This document shows, one piece after another, positions 1 to 10,852 of a stretch of DNA of 64,000 nucleotides. Position numbers and translations under genes: made by a program. The notes under the pieces are model-generated. The model saw only the letters and a program-made list of their open reading frames with translations. It was not told the DNA's origin and ran no database searches. Position 1 is the first letter of the stretch; each line of letters opens with the position of its first letter. The DNA is from Squalus acanthias (Eukaryota): the NCBI GenBank assembly GCA_030390025.1, contig CM059431.1:131504001-131568000 (forward strand), written 5' to 3'.

Positions 1-850
1 GACCCTAATTTCAGTTTTAACTAAATCACTTTCAAACTCAATATAAAATTCTATCATATTATGATCACTCTTCCCTAAATGCCCCTTTACTACAAGGTTA
101 TTAATTAACCCTTTCTCATTGCACAATACTAAATCTAAAATAGCCTGTTCCCGAGTTGGTTCTACAATATACTGATCTAGAAAACTATCTTGCATACATT
201 CCATGAATTTGTCCTCCACATTATTACTGCAAATTTGGTTTTCCCAGTCTATATGTAGATTAAAGTTCCCCATGATTACTGTATTACCCTTGTTACATGC
301 GCTTCTAATTTCCTGATTAATAGTCTGCCTTATATTACAACTACTGTTTGGGGGCCTATAAACAATTTGCACCAATGTTTTCTGCCCCTTGCTGTTTCTT
401 AGCTCCACCCAAACTGATTCTACTCCTTGATTTTCAGAGCTAAAATCCTTTCTCTCTACTGTCTTTATCCCATCCTTTATTATCAGGGCTACCGCTCCTC
501 CTTTTCCATTTTGCCTACCTCTTCTAAAAGTTAAGTGTCCTGGAATATTTAGTTCCCAACCTTGGCCACTTTGCAACCACATCTCCATAATGCCTATTTG
601 ATCAAACCTATTAATTTCTATCTGCGCTATTAATTCATCTATTTTGTTGCGAATGCTTCGCGCATTCAGAAAAAGTCCCTTTAGCTTTGACTTATATTTT
701 TCCCTGATGTCACTTTAGTCACTGATGCCTTATTACCTTTGTTACTCTCCCTGTCCCTTCCTGACCCACTCTGCTTATTTTTACCCAAAACTCTGCTCTA
801 GAGCCTTGACATTTCTCTCGCTGCTTTTAAATTTACTCTTTCCTGAATCC
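1..850 (-). mobile_element. Degenerate CR1 LINE fragment (ORF2 N-terminal endonuclease region)
   Basis: The reverse complement resembles the APE endonuclease region at 42640-43330 (VVYRPP, VIMGDFN and LDLV-type motifs). Boundaries are approximate. Confidence 0.7.
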
Positions 851-1628
851 TCCCACCCACAGATAGACTGGGTTATGGAACTGGTACATTTGGGGCTTAA
901 GTAGTTCCAGGATGTAAGCGTTTTGGAACTGTGAATTATTTACTGCTCTTTTTAATTGAAAGCAAAAACAAACAGGAATAAAAATATTTAATTTTGGTTC
1001 ATAAAGGTTTTAGAAGGATCTTTTTTCCTCAAAACTCTGTGTATCATAAACAGTACTTAAGAAATCTTGCAGTAGGGGTTCTGCAAAGGAAATTCTTACT
1101 TTCTCTTTTTTTTTGTTTTTTGAGTTACTGCTGCAGAACTGAATGGTCTGCTAGAGATCAGCAGAGGTGCTTTGGGAAGCAAACGGAAGGAAAAGCTTCT
1201 GTCTCCAGGGTAACTTTTGACAAATCATTAAAAGTGACCACATGTTCTGTCTTGATTGCACTGTGGTCACCAAGACAGGGTCATTACTTTTCTAGTGACA
1301 ATATTTGGGCATGGTATAACGCAGTGACTTGATTTCCAACTTGTGGCAAAATAAAATACATCACCGACAGAGTTATATTTTCCATTGTAGTTCTAGCAAT
1401 AGGGCATTCTGCCAGAGATTGGGTTCAGCAGATTCTGTAAGGGGATTTCTTGGTGATCATAGTGTCCAGTCACACAATTATTTTTCCTCTGCTGCTGACT
1501 GTCTAATAATTAATTGTCTGCCATAGCATGTGACATGTTTCTAGCCCTGTACATGGCAATAGAGTGCTCAGTAGGTGAGATTGCCCTGAAAAGCAACTTT
1601 AGGCAATCAAAAACTGTTGCTGAGATGC

Positions 1629-1877
1629 GGCCCTGATTTTAACTCCTCGTGAATTCCCCGTTCAGGCCTGAGTTAAAATTACAGTCGGGTCTCAATGATG
1701 TCATCGGGTCGCATCATGAATATATCAAGCAGGACCCTCCAGGTTGCCTGCTCAGGAGAGCAGGTTAAAATTGCACTTGTTGCGATCATGGCAGCTTTCA
1801 GACGGGTGAGAGCCAGGGAGATTTTAACTGCCCACCCGCCAGGTTTCTGCTGAGCGAGTAGGGTTAAAATCGCCCCC
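1629..1877. mobile_element. Short Harbinger-like MITE
   Basis: Imperfect TIRs ggccctgattttaac ... gttaaaatcgcccc. The 3' part resembles 26840-26911. Confidence 0.5.
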
Positions 1878-3035
1878 TAATGTTCGTTGGCTGAGCATTT
1901 ACATGTTAAATATTTCCTCAAAAGCTGAACTTTGGTGTAATTTTAGGTCTTTTATTTACAGTGAGTGCACTGATGTTGTGTCACACAGCATAAACTTCCA
2001 GCCAAAAGCACCGATTGTAATGTTGCCAGTTTGAGGAGTTTACGCTACAGAAAACTGTGGTGGGCCTGCATTCGGTCAAACTATAGTGAACTCCGTAGTG
2101 CAGGATTTCATTAAGGAGATGGAAGTTGAGTTTCAGTGATGTAGCTGGGTTGTGTAGGAAACATGGAGTAATAAGATATAGGCTTACACTAATAATTCTC
2201 CACATACACAGGCCCGAATGTTGCAGGCACTCAGAGGGTGGGTTTGGAGGCGTGTCCACTGTCAAAATAGCAAAGATTGACAGCGGTAAGGAAACCTGCT
2301 GTCAACCCGCCCCCACATGAGTCTCCCAGGTGTCGGGTCTGTCAGCGGAGAACTGACCCGACACCAAACGGCGGGGGATACAATTGAGCTACTTAAATGG
2401 CTTCTTAAGAGCCAATTTAAGACTATTTTGAGGCCTTGTTCCAAGTTTACGTTCTCCCCCACGGGTTACCCGCTGTTCAGGGTAAAGGATGCCATGTTGC
2501 AGATGGTCAGTTTCAGAGCGCAGAAACTGTTGGTTACTTCATTTGTAATACATATAGAGATTTCTTTAGCTTGCAAGTGTTTAGAGGCAACTGTATGTCC
2601 AGTGCCACCTCATTGGAACAACCTCTCTCACCATTAACAGATCGCTTCTGTCATCTCACCTGCAGCTGCCATCTATTGCAGCAACATCGGTGCCCTTGAA
2701 AAAATCAGACCTTGGTCCTCTGAATCCTTCCACGATCAGCCCAACACCAACATCACCAGGCACACCATCATCACCACTAACATCACCAACCTTCTCCTCC
2801 ATCACCTGATGCTGCACAGGACACAGGACATCAGCCCCTGACAACAGTGCTGCCTGGGAGGCCAGCGATGGCATCACCATGGACAGATTTACTTCACTTG
2901 ATGCTGTAAACCCTGGCTGCCACATGATGCGCCTGGTTGACACCATCCCACACCAGCACTGTAAAGCATCCCTTTAATGTCCAAGCATCACTATAGTGGG
3001 GTGGGGGGTGGGGTGGGGGGAAGTTATGTCTCAAC

Positions 3036-4822
3036 GGGAGGAGGAGGCTCTATGAATATCCCCATCCTCACTGATGGGTGAGCCCAGCACGTGAGTGCAA
3101 AAGACATGGCTGAGGTGTTTGCAACCATCTTCAGCTAGAAGTGCCGAGTGGATGATCCATATCGGCCTCCTCCTGCGGTCCCCACCATCACAGAAGCCAG
3201 TCTTCAGCCAATTCGATTCACTCCACGTGATATCAAGAAACAGCTGAGCGCACTGGATACAGCAAAGGCTATGGGCCCTGACAACATCCTGGCTATCATG
3301 CTGAAGGCTTGTGCTCCAGAACTAGCCGCGCCTCTAGCCAAGCTGTTCCAGTAAAGCTACAACACTGGCATCTATCCGACAATGTGGAAAACTGACCAGG
3401 TGTGCCTGTCCACAAAAAGCAGGACAAATCCAATCTGGCCAATTCCCGCCCCATCAGTCTACTCTCAATCATCAGCAAAGTGCTGGAAGGTGTCATCAAT
3501 GGTGCTATCAAGCGACACTTACTCACCAATAACCTGCTCACTGATGCCCAGTTTGGGTTCCGCCAAGACCACTCGGCTGCTGACGTCATTACAGCCTTGG
3601 TCCAAACATGGACAAAGGAGCTGAATTCCAGAGGTGAGGTGAGAGTAACTGCCCTTGACATCAAAGCAGATTTGACCGAGTGTGGCATCACGGAGCCGTA
3701 GTAAAACTGAAGTCATTGGGAATCGGGAGGAAAACTCTTCACTGGCTGGACTCATACCTAGCACAAAGGAAGATGGTTGTGGTGATTGAAGGTCAATCAT
3801 CACAGCCCCAGGACATCGTTGCAGGAGTTCCTCAGGGCAGTGTCCTAAGCCCAACCATCTTCAGCTGCTTCATCAATGACCTTCCCTCCAACATAAGGTC
3901 AGAAATGGGGATGTTTGCTGATGACTGCACAGTGTTCAGTGCCATTCACAACTCCTCAGATAATGAAGCAGTCCATACCCGCATGCAGCAAGACCTGGAC
4001 GACGTTCAGGCTTGGGCTGATTAGTGGCAGGTAACATTCGCACCACCGAAGTGCCAGGCAATGACTATCTCCAACAAGTGAGAGTCTAAAAACCACCCCT
4101 TGACATTCAATGGCATTACCATCACCGAATCCCCCACCATCAACATCCTGGGGATCACCATTGACCAGAAACTTAACTGGACCAGCTACATAAGTACTGT
4201 GGCAACAAGAGCAGGTCAGAGGCTAGGTATTCTGCGGCGAGTATCTCACCTCCTGACTCCCCAAAGCCTTTCTACCATCTACAAGGCACAAGTAAGGAGT
4301 GTGATGGAATACTCTCCACTTGCCTGGATGAGTGCAGCTCATACAACACTCAAGAAGCTCGACGCCTTCCAGGACAAAGCAGCCTGCTTGATTGGCACCC
4401 CCTCTACCACCTTAGACATTCACTCCCTCCACCACCGGCGTACTGTGGCTGCAGTATGTACCATCTACAAGATGCACTGCAGCAACTCGCCAAGGCTTCT
4501 TCGGCAGCACCTCCCAAACCCGCGACCTCTTCCACCTAGAAGGACAAGGGTAGCAGACGCATGGGAACACCATTACCTCCAAGTTCCCCTCCAAGTCACG
4601 CATCATCCTGACTTAGAAGTATATCGCCGATCCTTCATCGTCGCTGGGTCAAAATCCTGGAACTTCCTACCTAACAGCACTGTGGGAGTACCTTCACCAC
4701 ACGGACTGCAGTGGTTCAAGAAGGCGGCTCACCATCACCTTCTCAAGGGCAATTAGGGATGGGCAATAAATGCTGGCCTTGCCAGTGACGTCCACATCCC
4801 ATAAAAATGAATTAAAAAAAAA
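3036..4822 (+). mobile_element. 5'-truncated non-LTR retrotransposon (CR1/L2/jockey-group RT), frameshifted
   Basis: RT motifs [28 protein letters not shown] and FADD occur across ORFs 3148-4756. AATAAA and an A-rich tail mark the 3' end. The flanks rejoin to match 33852-33872. Confidence 0.92.
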
Positions 4823-5189
4823 ATTCACTGGAATGCAGTAAGACACTTCTCAAGGTGCGCACAGATCTGTCCAAAAAGAGGCTGTGTTAAAAATATAGAT
4901 TTCACTGTATGAGAACACATTACCAGAAACTTCACATGGACATTGGCTAAACCTCTCAATTCCTTACCCTTGTGTGTTGTTAGCTGATATGCTTGTAGTA
5001 GGATGAGGGTGAGTGTGAGGGGTGGCTAGTGAGACGGGGAAGTGATAATGTAGATAGAGAGGGATGGGTGGAGGTGCAAGGTAAGTTGGTATGAGTAAGG
5101 ATGTGCAGGAGAAGGGTATGGAAGGCAGAGCGATGGGGATGTGTTGAGTGGCACAGCAGGGTGAGTTTGAGTGTGGCTTTGGAGTAATG

Positions 5190-5410
5190 TTTGTGATCCA
5201 CTGAGATCATTGAAAGGTTGGCACCACTGCAGCCAGGGACCCCTGACGACATCCTGCTTTTGCCCTCCTGTGCAATGTGCAACCAGGCTGCGTTGGTGTC
5301 CTGGGGAGGTCTCTTCCGCTCTTGGAAGGGAAGAGAACCTCCCTGCGTGCTGTGACTCCCTCCATAAGCATATGGAGGGAGTCATTTGAGAGTCTGGGTG
5401 CAAGCGTCCA
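5190..5410 (-). pseudogene. Harbinger Myb/SANT-like DNA-binding protein fragment (NAIF1/MSANTD-like)
   Basis: Frameshifted translation APRLSNDSLHMLMEGVTARREVLFP..PPQDTNAAWLHIAQE..VVRGPWLQ..FNDL. Confidence 0.7.
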
Positions 5411-7384
5411 CCTTTGTGCAGTGATTGTCAGTGTTTGCAACACCTCAATGCTGTCAAACACTGACAGAACAACTGTCAAACTCAATGTGGCCGTGGTCCC
5501 TTTAAGGAAGTTGGTTGATGAGGTGTCATCAAATTACGTCATCAGACCCGCTTCCTGTTAATTGGCCGGGAAGCCCGCAGGGCGGGCTTAACAAGGCCAA
5601 TCAAGGGAAACTCCCTTTGACAGAGCGGCTGTAGCCAGGATCGTGACTGGAAACCGGAAACCAGCTCTCCCGCCACCATCCTGTCTCCGCTGGGAAATTT
5701 GCGGCCAGTGTTTCCCATCCCAACCTGGGTGTCAGGGTGAGGGATTTTCTTCCAGGAATGGGTGAGAATTTGGAGAGCAAATCACCCACATCCACTCGGC
5801 TGGGTATGGTGCACGGCATGGAGAAACCTAAAAGAGGGGAGGAATTAAGTAACAAAATTGTGGCAAAAAATAAAAGTTTTCCCTGGGAAACAATATAAAT
5901 GTTGATATATTTTCTTACAGTAATGATGAGCAAATTGGATTAGAGGCAGACCATAGTGAAGCCTATCTACTCTTCGCTCTCTTACACTGTGGTAATTAAG
6001 AATGAAAACTTTGCTGTACTTAAGTCGTCCCTAGATTATATTGACAATCTCCCGAAAGCATAACCCAATACTATCTTCTAGACATTGATGTGGTCTCAAA
6101 ATCAGTATTGTGATTTTATTGTAGTTTTCGGACATTACAGAGCCATTCATGCAGTCTGTGTATCACTGTTGCTGACCCAGAAGCAGCAATTATGAATGTA
6201 AGGGCTGCTTGATTGCGAGTACTACCCACGTTTTTTTTCAAAAATTAAATGTATGTCAGGCAAATACAGATGTTATCTGAATTAAAGCTGATGATATTTG
6301 AAACACAAAGGCTGTATTTTGTTCAGTTTATGGTGATGCGGATTCTTGGAGCTGTCCTGAGTTACCTCATGCACTGGAAGATATTGAATGACTTGCCAGA
6401 TGCAAGTTCAGGCTCCTGATTTTCTAGTTGAAATCAGCAGGAGATTCATATCGGGTGTTAATACCATCCAGTAAAAGTCCTACTTCACTGCCCTAGACAA
6501 GTACAAGGTGATGTCAGGAGTTTGGGCTCTGACACCCAATCGGTGTAAATAACCCTGCACGGTTATATTTGACCAATTGTTATGATTTCTGGTGTAGATT
6601 TGCAGCACATGTATCAACAGAATATCAGTTATGTACACATACATGGGCAGGGTTACTGTTCTGGGCCTCACTTAAAAACAGTATCAGTGTCTTAACATTA
6701 TATTTTCATTATGAGGCTTCTAGAGACATTGCAGATTTAGTACAGTGAATGCAGTGACAAGTGGTTTGAAGGTTAAATTATGGAATTGATCTGCAGATGC
6801 TGTAAACTGCAAAATGAATTCAGTAATAAGGAATTTCAGTTGTGTTTTGGGTTTGATTTGTTTAAGTAATATATGGGCTGTAACTAGTATGAAAATTTGC
6901 ATGAATTCTTTATATATGTTAATGAGGCCACACTTGGCTGTCAGCGAGAACAGTTCAGGAAGTAATTGCATTGAATATTTTACTGGCAAACTGTCTTCAC
7001 TAATGCACCTATAATGGAAAGAGGTCTTTTAAAGATTAAGAAAAAATATTTAAAGAGATTGGATGCCATTTATGTGTTAGGCTGTTTGGACTTACTCTAA
7101 AAAACTGTCAACATTTTAAAATGTTAGACATATCACTCTTCATCTTCAAGAGGGAATGGACCAGCATCTGAAAATATGACAGTGTCTCCTCTGTTAGATA
7201 GGGCACGTTCCCTTCACTTCCAGGTTGCTATTTCCTTAACTAATGGCTGTAGAATTCCTTCTATTATAGTGAGCTGACCTGGATGTTACTGAGAAGGTGA
7301 ATATCCCCTCTCCTTTAGATACAGAGACAGAGGTCATCAAATACGTCTCTGTTTTTGCTACTGAGTCGAGTGAACTTATAGGCT

Positions 7385-7800
7385 TTCCTGATGGCTCCGT
7401 GAGCTTATCCAGTGCATAGCTCAGCTATTTAGACCAGGAAGGCCTTAGGTTCAATCTCTAGTCTGTGCTGATTTAGCTGATCTCAGCTGGGGGCCACAAT
7501 AGGAGAGCTACAATTAGCCTCAGCACCCCTGGGATGGGGAGCAGAGAAAACTACCAAAGTCTCTTCTCCAGATTGCTATTGAGCGAGCCCTTCTGAGTAT
7601 GTGCACCTGTGGATGTCAAGTGAGGACAAGAGTGGACTTGGCTGTGATGCCCCCTCTAGTCAAATAGCTTGCCAATACTGACCATCAAGGCCCACACGTG
7701 AAGAATGGCCGCATTGGCGAGGTAGCGAGAGTACCTCACCCACGTCTGTCCAACTGTAACCCCGCAAGGAGGTAATGCCTGCAGAAGAGAAAGAAGGGCA
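7385..7800 (+). mobile_element. Old tRNA-derived SINE
   Basis: A-box-like tggctc and B-box-like ggttcaatc motifs. Related copies occur at 60290-60408 (minus) and ~18480-18780. Confidence 0.5.
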
Positions 7801-8301
7801 GAAAATGGTCAAGGAAAAGAAAAGAACAATTTTTCATTTACATAATTTATTCTACTGTCATTTCTGGTAGGCCAATTTAAATGAAGTCGTAGTAATGTGG
7901 TGATCCCATAAGTCCCATTTTCCATCATTATCACCTCGGTAATGCTGGAAGTAAATCACGCCCATATAAAGCAGTAATGCAGTTAAAGAGCCACAGTAGG
8001 TACTTTAAAATGTTTCATTAAAATCTTACTGCTGATTTTTTTTTTCTTTAATGTTTTTTGTTCTGTGCCTTTCCTTTGTGAGGCTCCATTTTTTGTGCCC
8101 CTCCCCCATTCTAAAGTGCCAACAATGGGTTTCCTATTGGAATACCCGTGTATCTTTGTCATGTGCCCCCACACCAGTATCCTCACTCCAGAATATATAG
8201 AGCACAGTGCTCCTACCGTCAGCTGACCCGCTGCTTGTGGAGGCTGAACTTCAAAAAGGAAACCATCAACAAATTATGCTACATGCCGACAGCCCACTTT
8301 G

Positions 8302-8562
8302 TCTCTCAGGTGGACATAAAAAGATCTGACTCTATTTCGAAGGGGAATTCTCCTTGATGTCTTGGCCAATATTTATCCCTCAACAAACATCACTAAAAAT
8401 ACAGATTATCTGGACATTATCACATTGCTGTTTGTGGGACCTTGCTGTGTGCACATTGGCTGCCACGCTTCCTACATTACAACAGTGACTACGCTTCAAA
8501 AGTACGATTTGGGACGTCCTGAGGTTGTGAAAGGTGCTAGATAAATGCAAAACTTTCTTCTC
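8302..8562 (+). mobile_element. 5'-truncated DeuSINE (SacSINE1-like)
   Basis: Matches the 3' half of 46661-47070 and has an L2-like tail (aaggtgctagataaatgcaa). Confidence 0.75.
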
Positions 8563-8619
8563 TTACCATCGACACTGCTGTGAAGGTCTAAGCCACCCTA
8601 AACTTTTACACTTCCAGGC

Positions 8620-8892
8620 TGTCAAAGGGGACATTAGTAACAGCCAATCAATTGTGTATGGATGCATAGAGTAAGGGCAACTGTAATATTTGCTATTGAA
8701 AGCCAGTTTATCCACTTCCCCATGGACAAGTGGCAGCAGTATGACAGTGCAGTGCAATTTTTCAACGTGGCAGGATTCCTCAAGGTACAGTGTGTCATAG
8801 CTGTCAGTGCTCCCTTAATCACTCCCATCATTCACAGCAACAAGAAAGGCTTCCTTCTCATTGTCCAGCTCATCTATGACCAGCAGCACTGA
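8620..8892 (+). pseudogene. Degenerate Harbinger (HARBI1-like) DDE transposase fragment
   Basis: FIHFPMD..Q..AVQFFNVAGFLKVQCVI..SAP..NKKGF..VQLIYD resembles the family motif AGFPxVQGxIDCTH..NRKGFHSxNVQxxCD. Confidence 0.6.
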
Positions 8893-9058
8893 AGCATACA
8901 AGTGGTGGCAGGGCTGGAAGCATTGAGGCCTAGTATATCACCTTCCACCTCTGCTTCTTCTATCTGTCATGATGTGGAGATGCCGGCGTTGGACTGGGGT
9001 GGACAAAAATCAGAAGTCGCACAACACCAGGTTATAGTCCAACAGATTTATTTAATTT

Positions 9059-9092
9059 TACAAGCTTTCGGAGCTGTTCGCTCCTTCTTCAG
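9059..9092 (-). ncRNA. Minimal hammerhead ribozyme motif (PLE family A)
   Basis: The reverse complement reads CUGAAGA-a-GGAGC-gaaca-GCUCC-GAAA-gcuugua. Confidence 0.75.
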
Positions 9093-9317
9093 GTAAGGTA
9101 GCTGTGAGAGAATCTCCCAAAATTCACAATATAAACACAGAAAAAATCTATTCAAATCTTTCCCTACATCAAAGACACACTAAGAGCACAGCCAAGACAA
9201 TGAGATGTGTCCCAGGGGGTCCAACGTGTCAAAACACCTGCTGGCTGCATATCCCTCTCCATTTGTTGTGTTAGTCTTTTTAAAACAAAACCTGGAAAGA
9301 CCGGCCATGATGTCAAG

Positions 9318-10525
9318 TCACGTTCTGTATCGTGACATGAACCCGATATCGCGATTGAGGCCATCCTCATGAGTGCGGAACTTGGCTATCAGTTTCTGCT
9401 CTATGATTTTGCGCTGTCGTGTATCCCGAAGGCCGCCTTGGAGAACGCTTACCCGCAGATCCGAGGCTGAATGCCCCTGACTGCTGAAGTGTTCTCCGAC
9501 TGGGAGGCAACCCTCCTACCTGGCGATTGTTGCGCGGTGTCCGTTCATACGTTGTCTCAGTGTCTGCATGGTCTCGCCGATGTACCATGCTCTGGAGCAT
9601 CCTTTACTGCAACGTATCAGGTAGACAACGTTGGCCGAGTCACATGAGTATGTACCATGTACCTGGTGGGTAGTGTCCTCACGTGTGATGATGGTATCTG
9701 TGTCCATGATTTGGCATGTCTTGCAGAGGTTGCCGTGGCAGGGTTGTGTGGTGTCGTGGTTGCTGTTCTCCTGAAGATGGGTAATCTGCTGCGAACGATG
9801 GTACTTTTGAGGTTAGGCGGCTGCTTGAAGGCGAGTAGTGGAGGCGTGGGATGGCCTTAGCAAGGTGTTCGTCGTCATCGATGACATGTTGAAGGCTGCG
9901 AAGAACATGGCATAGTTTTTCCGCTCGGGGAAGTACTGGACGACGTAGGGTACTCTGTTGGTTGTGTCCCGTGTTCGTCTTCTGAGGAGGTCTATGCGGT
10001 TTTTCGCTGTGGCCCGTCGGAACTGTCGATCGACGAGTCGAGCGTCATATCCCGTTCTTACGAGGGCGTCTTTCAGTGTCCGTAGGTGTCCATCGCGTTC
10101 CTCCTCGTCTGAGCAGATCCTGTGTATTCGCAGGGCTTGTCCATAGGGGATGGCTTCTTTAACGTGGTTAGGGTGGAAGCTGGAGAAGTGGAGCATCGTG
10201 AGGTTGTCCGTGGGCTTGCGGTAGAGTGAAGTGCTGAGGCGTCCGTCTTTGATGGAGATTCGTGTGTCCAAGAATGAAACCGATTCTGAGGAGTAGTCCA
10301 TGGTGAGTTTGATGGTGGGATGGAACCTGTTGATGCTATCGTAGTCCTTTCAGTGATCCTTCGCCGTGGGTCCAAAGGAAGAAGATGTCGTCGATGTATC
10401 TGGTGTACAGCGTTGGTTGGAGGTCCTGTGCAGCGAAGAAGTCTTGCTCGAACTTGTGCATGAAGATGTTGGCGTATTGGGGTGCGAATTTGGTCCCCAT
10501 GGCTGTTCCGTGTGTTTGGGTAAAA
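9318..10525 (-). pseudogene. PLE RT + GIY-YIG endonuclease ORF, C-terminal part (disrupted)
   Basis: ORF pieces 10336-10542, 9813-10301 and 9516-9707 join with frameshifts and a stop. The terminus is ...KFRTHEDGLNRDIGFMSRYRT*. Confidence 0.9.
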
Positions 10526-10818
10526 CCAAGTTCCGCACTCATGAGGATGGCCTCAATCGCGATATCGGGTTCATGTCACGATACAGAACGTGACTTGACA
10601 TCATGGCCGGTCTTTCCAGGGTTTTGTTTTAAAAAGACTAACACAACAAATGGAGAGGATATGCAGCCAGCAGGTGTTTTGACACGTTGGACCCCCTGGG
10701 ACACATCTCATTGTCTTGGCTGTGCTCTTAGTGTGTCTTTGATGTAGGGAAAGATTTGAATAGATTTTTTCTGTGTTTATATTGTGAATTCTGGGAGATT
10801 CTCTCACAGCTACCTTAC

Positions 10819-10852
10819 CTGAAGAAGGAGCGAACAGCTCCGAAAGCTTGTA
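10819..10852 (+). ncRNA. Minimal hammerhead ribozyme motif (PLE family A, inverted arm)
   Basis: ctgaaga-a-ggagc-gaaca-gctcc-gaaa-gcttgta shows the CUGANGA core, a 5-bp stem II and GAAA. Confidence 0.75.

Larger units (their letters stand above)
2211..5706. mobile_element. Non-autonomous PIF/Harbinger element, split by a LINE insertion
   Basis: Colinear with the copy at 33318-34718 once 3036-4822 is removed. Ends are ggcccgaat... and ...atttgcggcc. Encodes a Myb/SANT-like segment on the minus strand. Confidence 0.75.

Noticed and set aside
1125..1209. Coding exon (TAAELNGLLEISRGALGSKRKEKLLSP)
   Set aside because: The acceptor is an atypical GAG, the donor is weak, and no homology is recognised.
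7385..7470. tRNA gene
   Set aside because: Only degenerate A/B boxes are present, no cloverleaf forms, and it continues into a SINE body.
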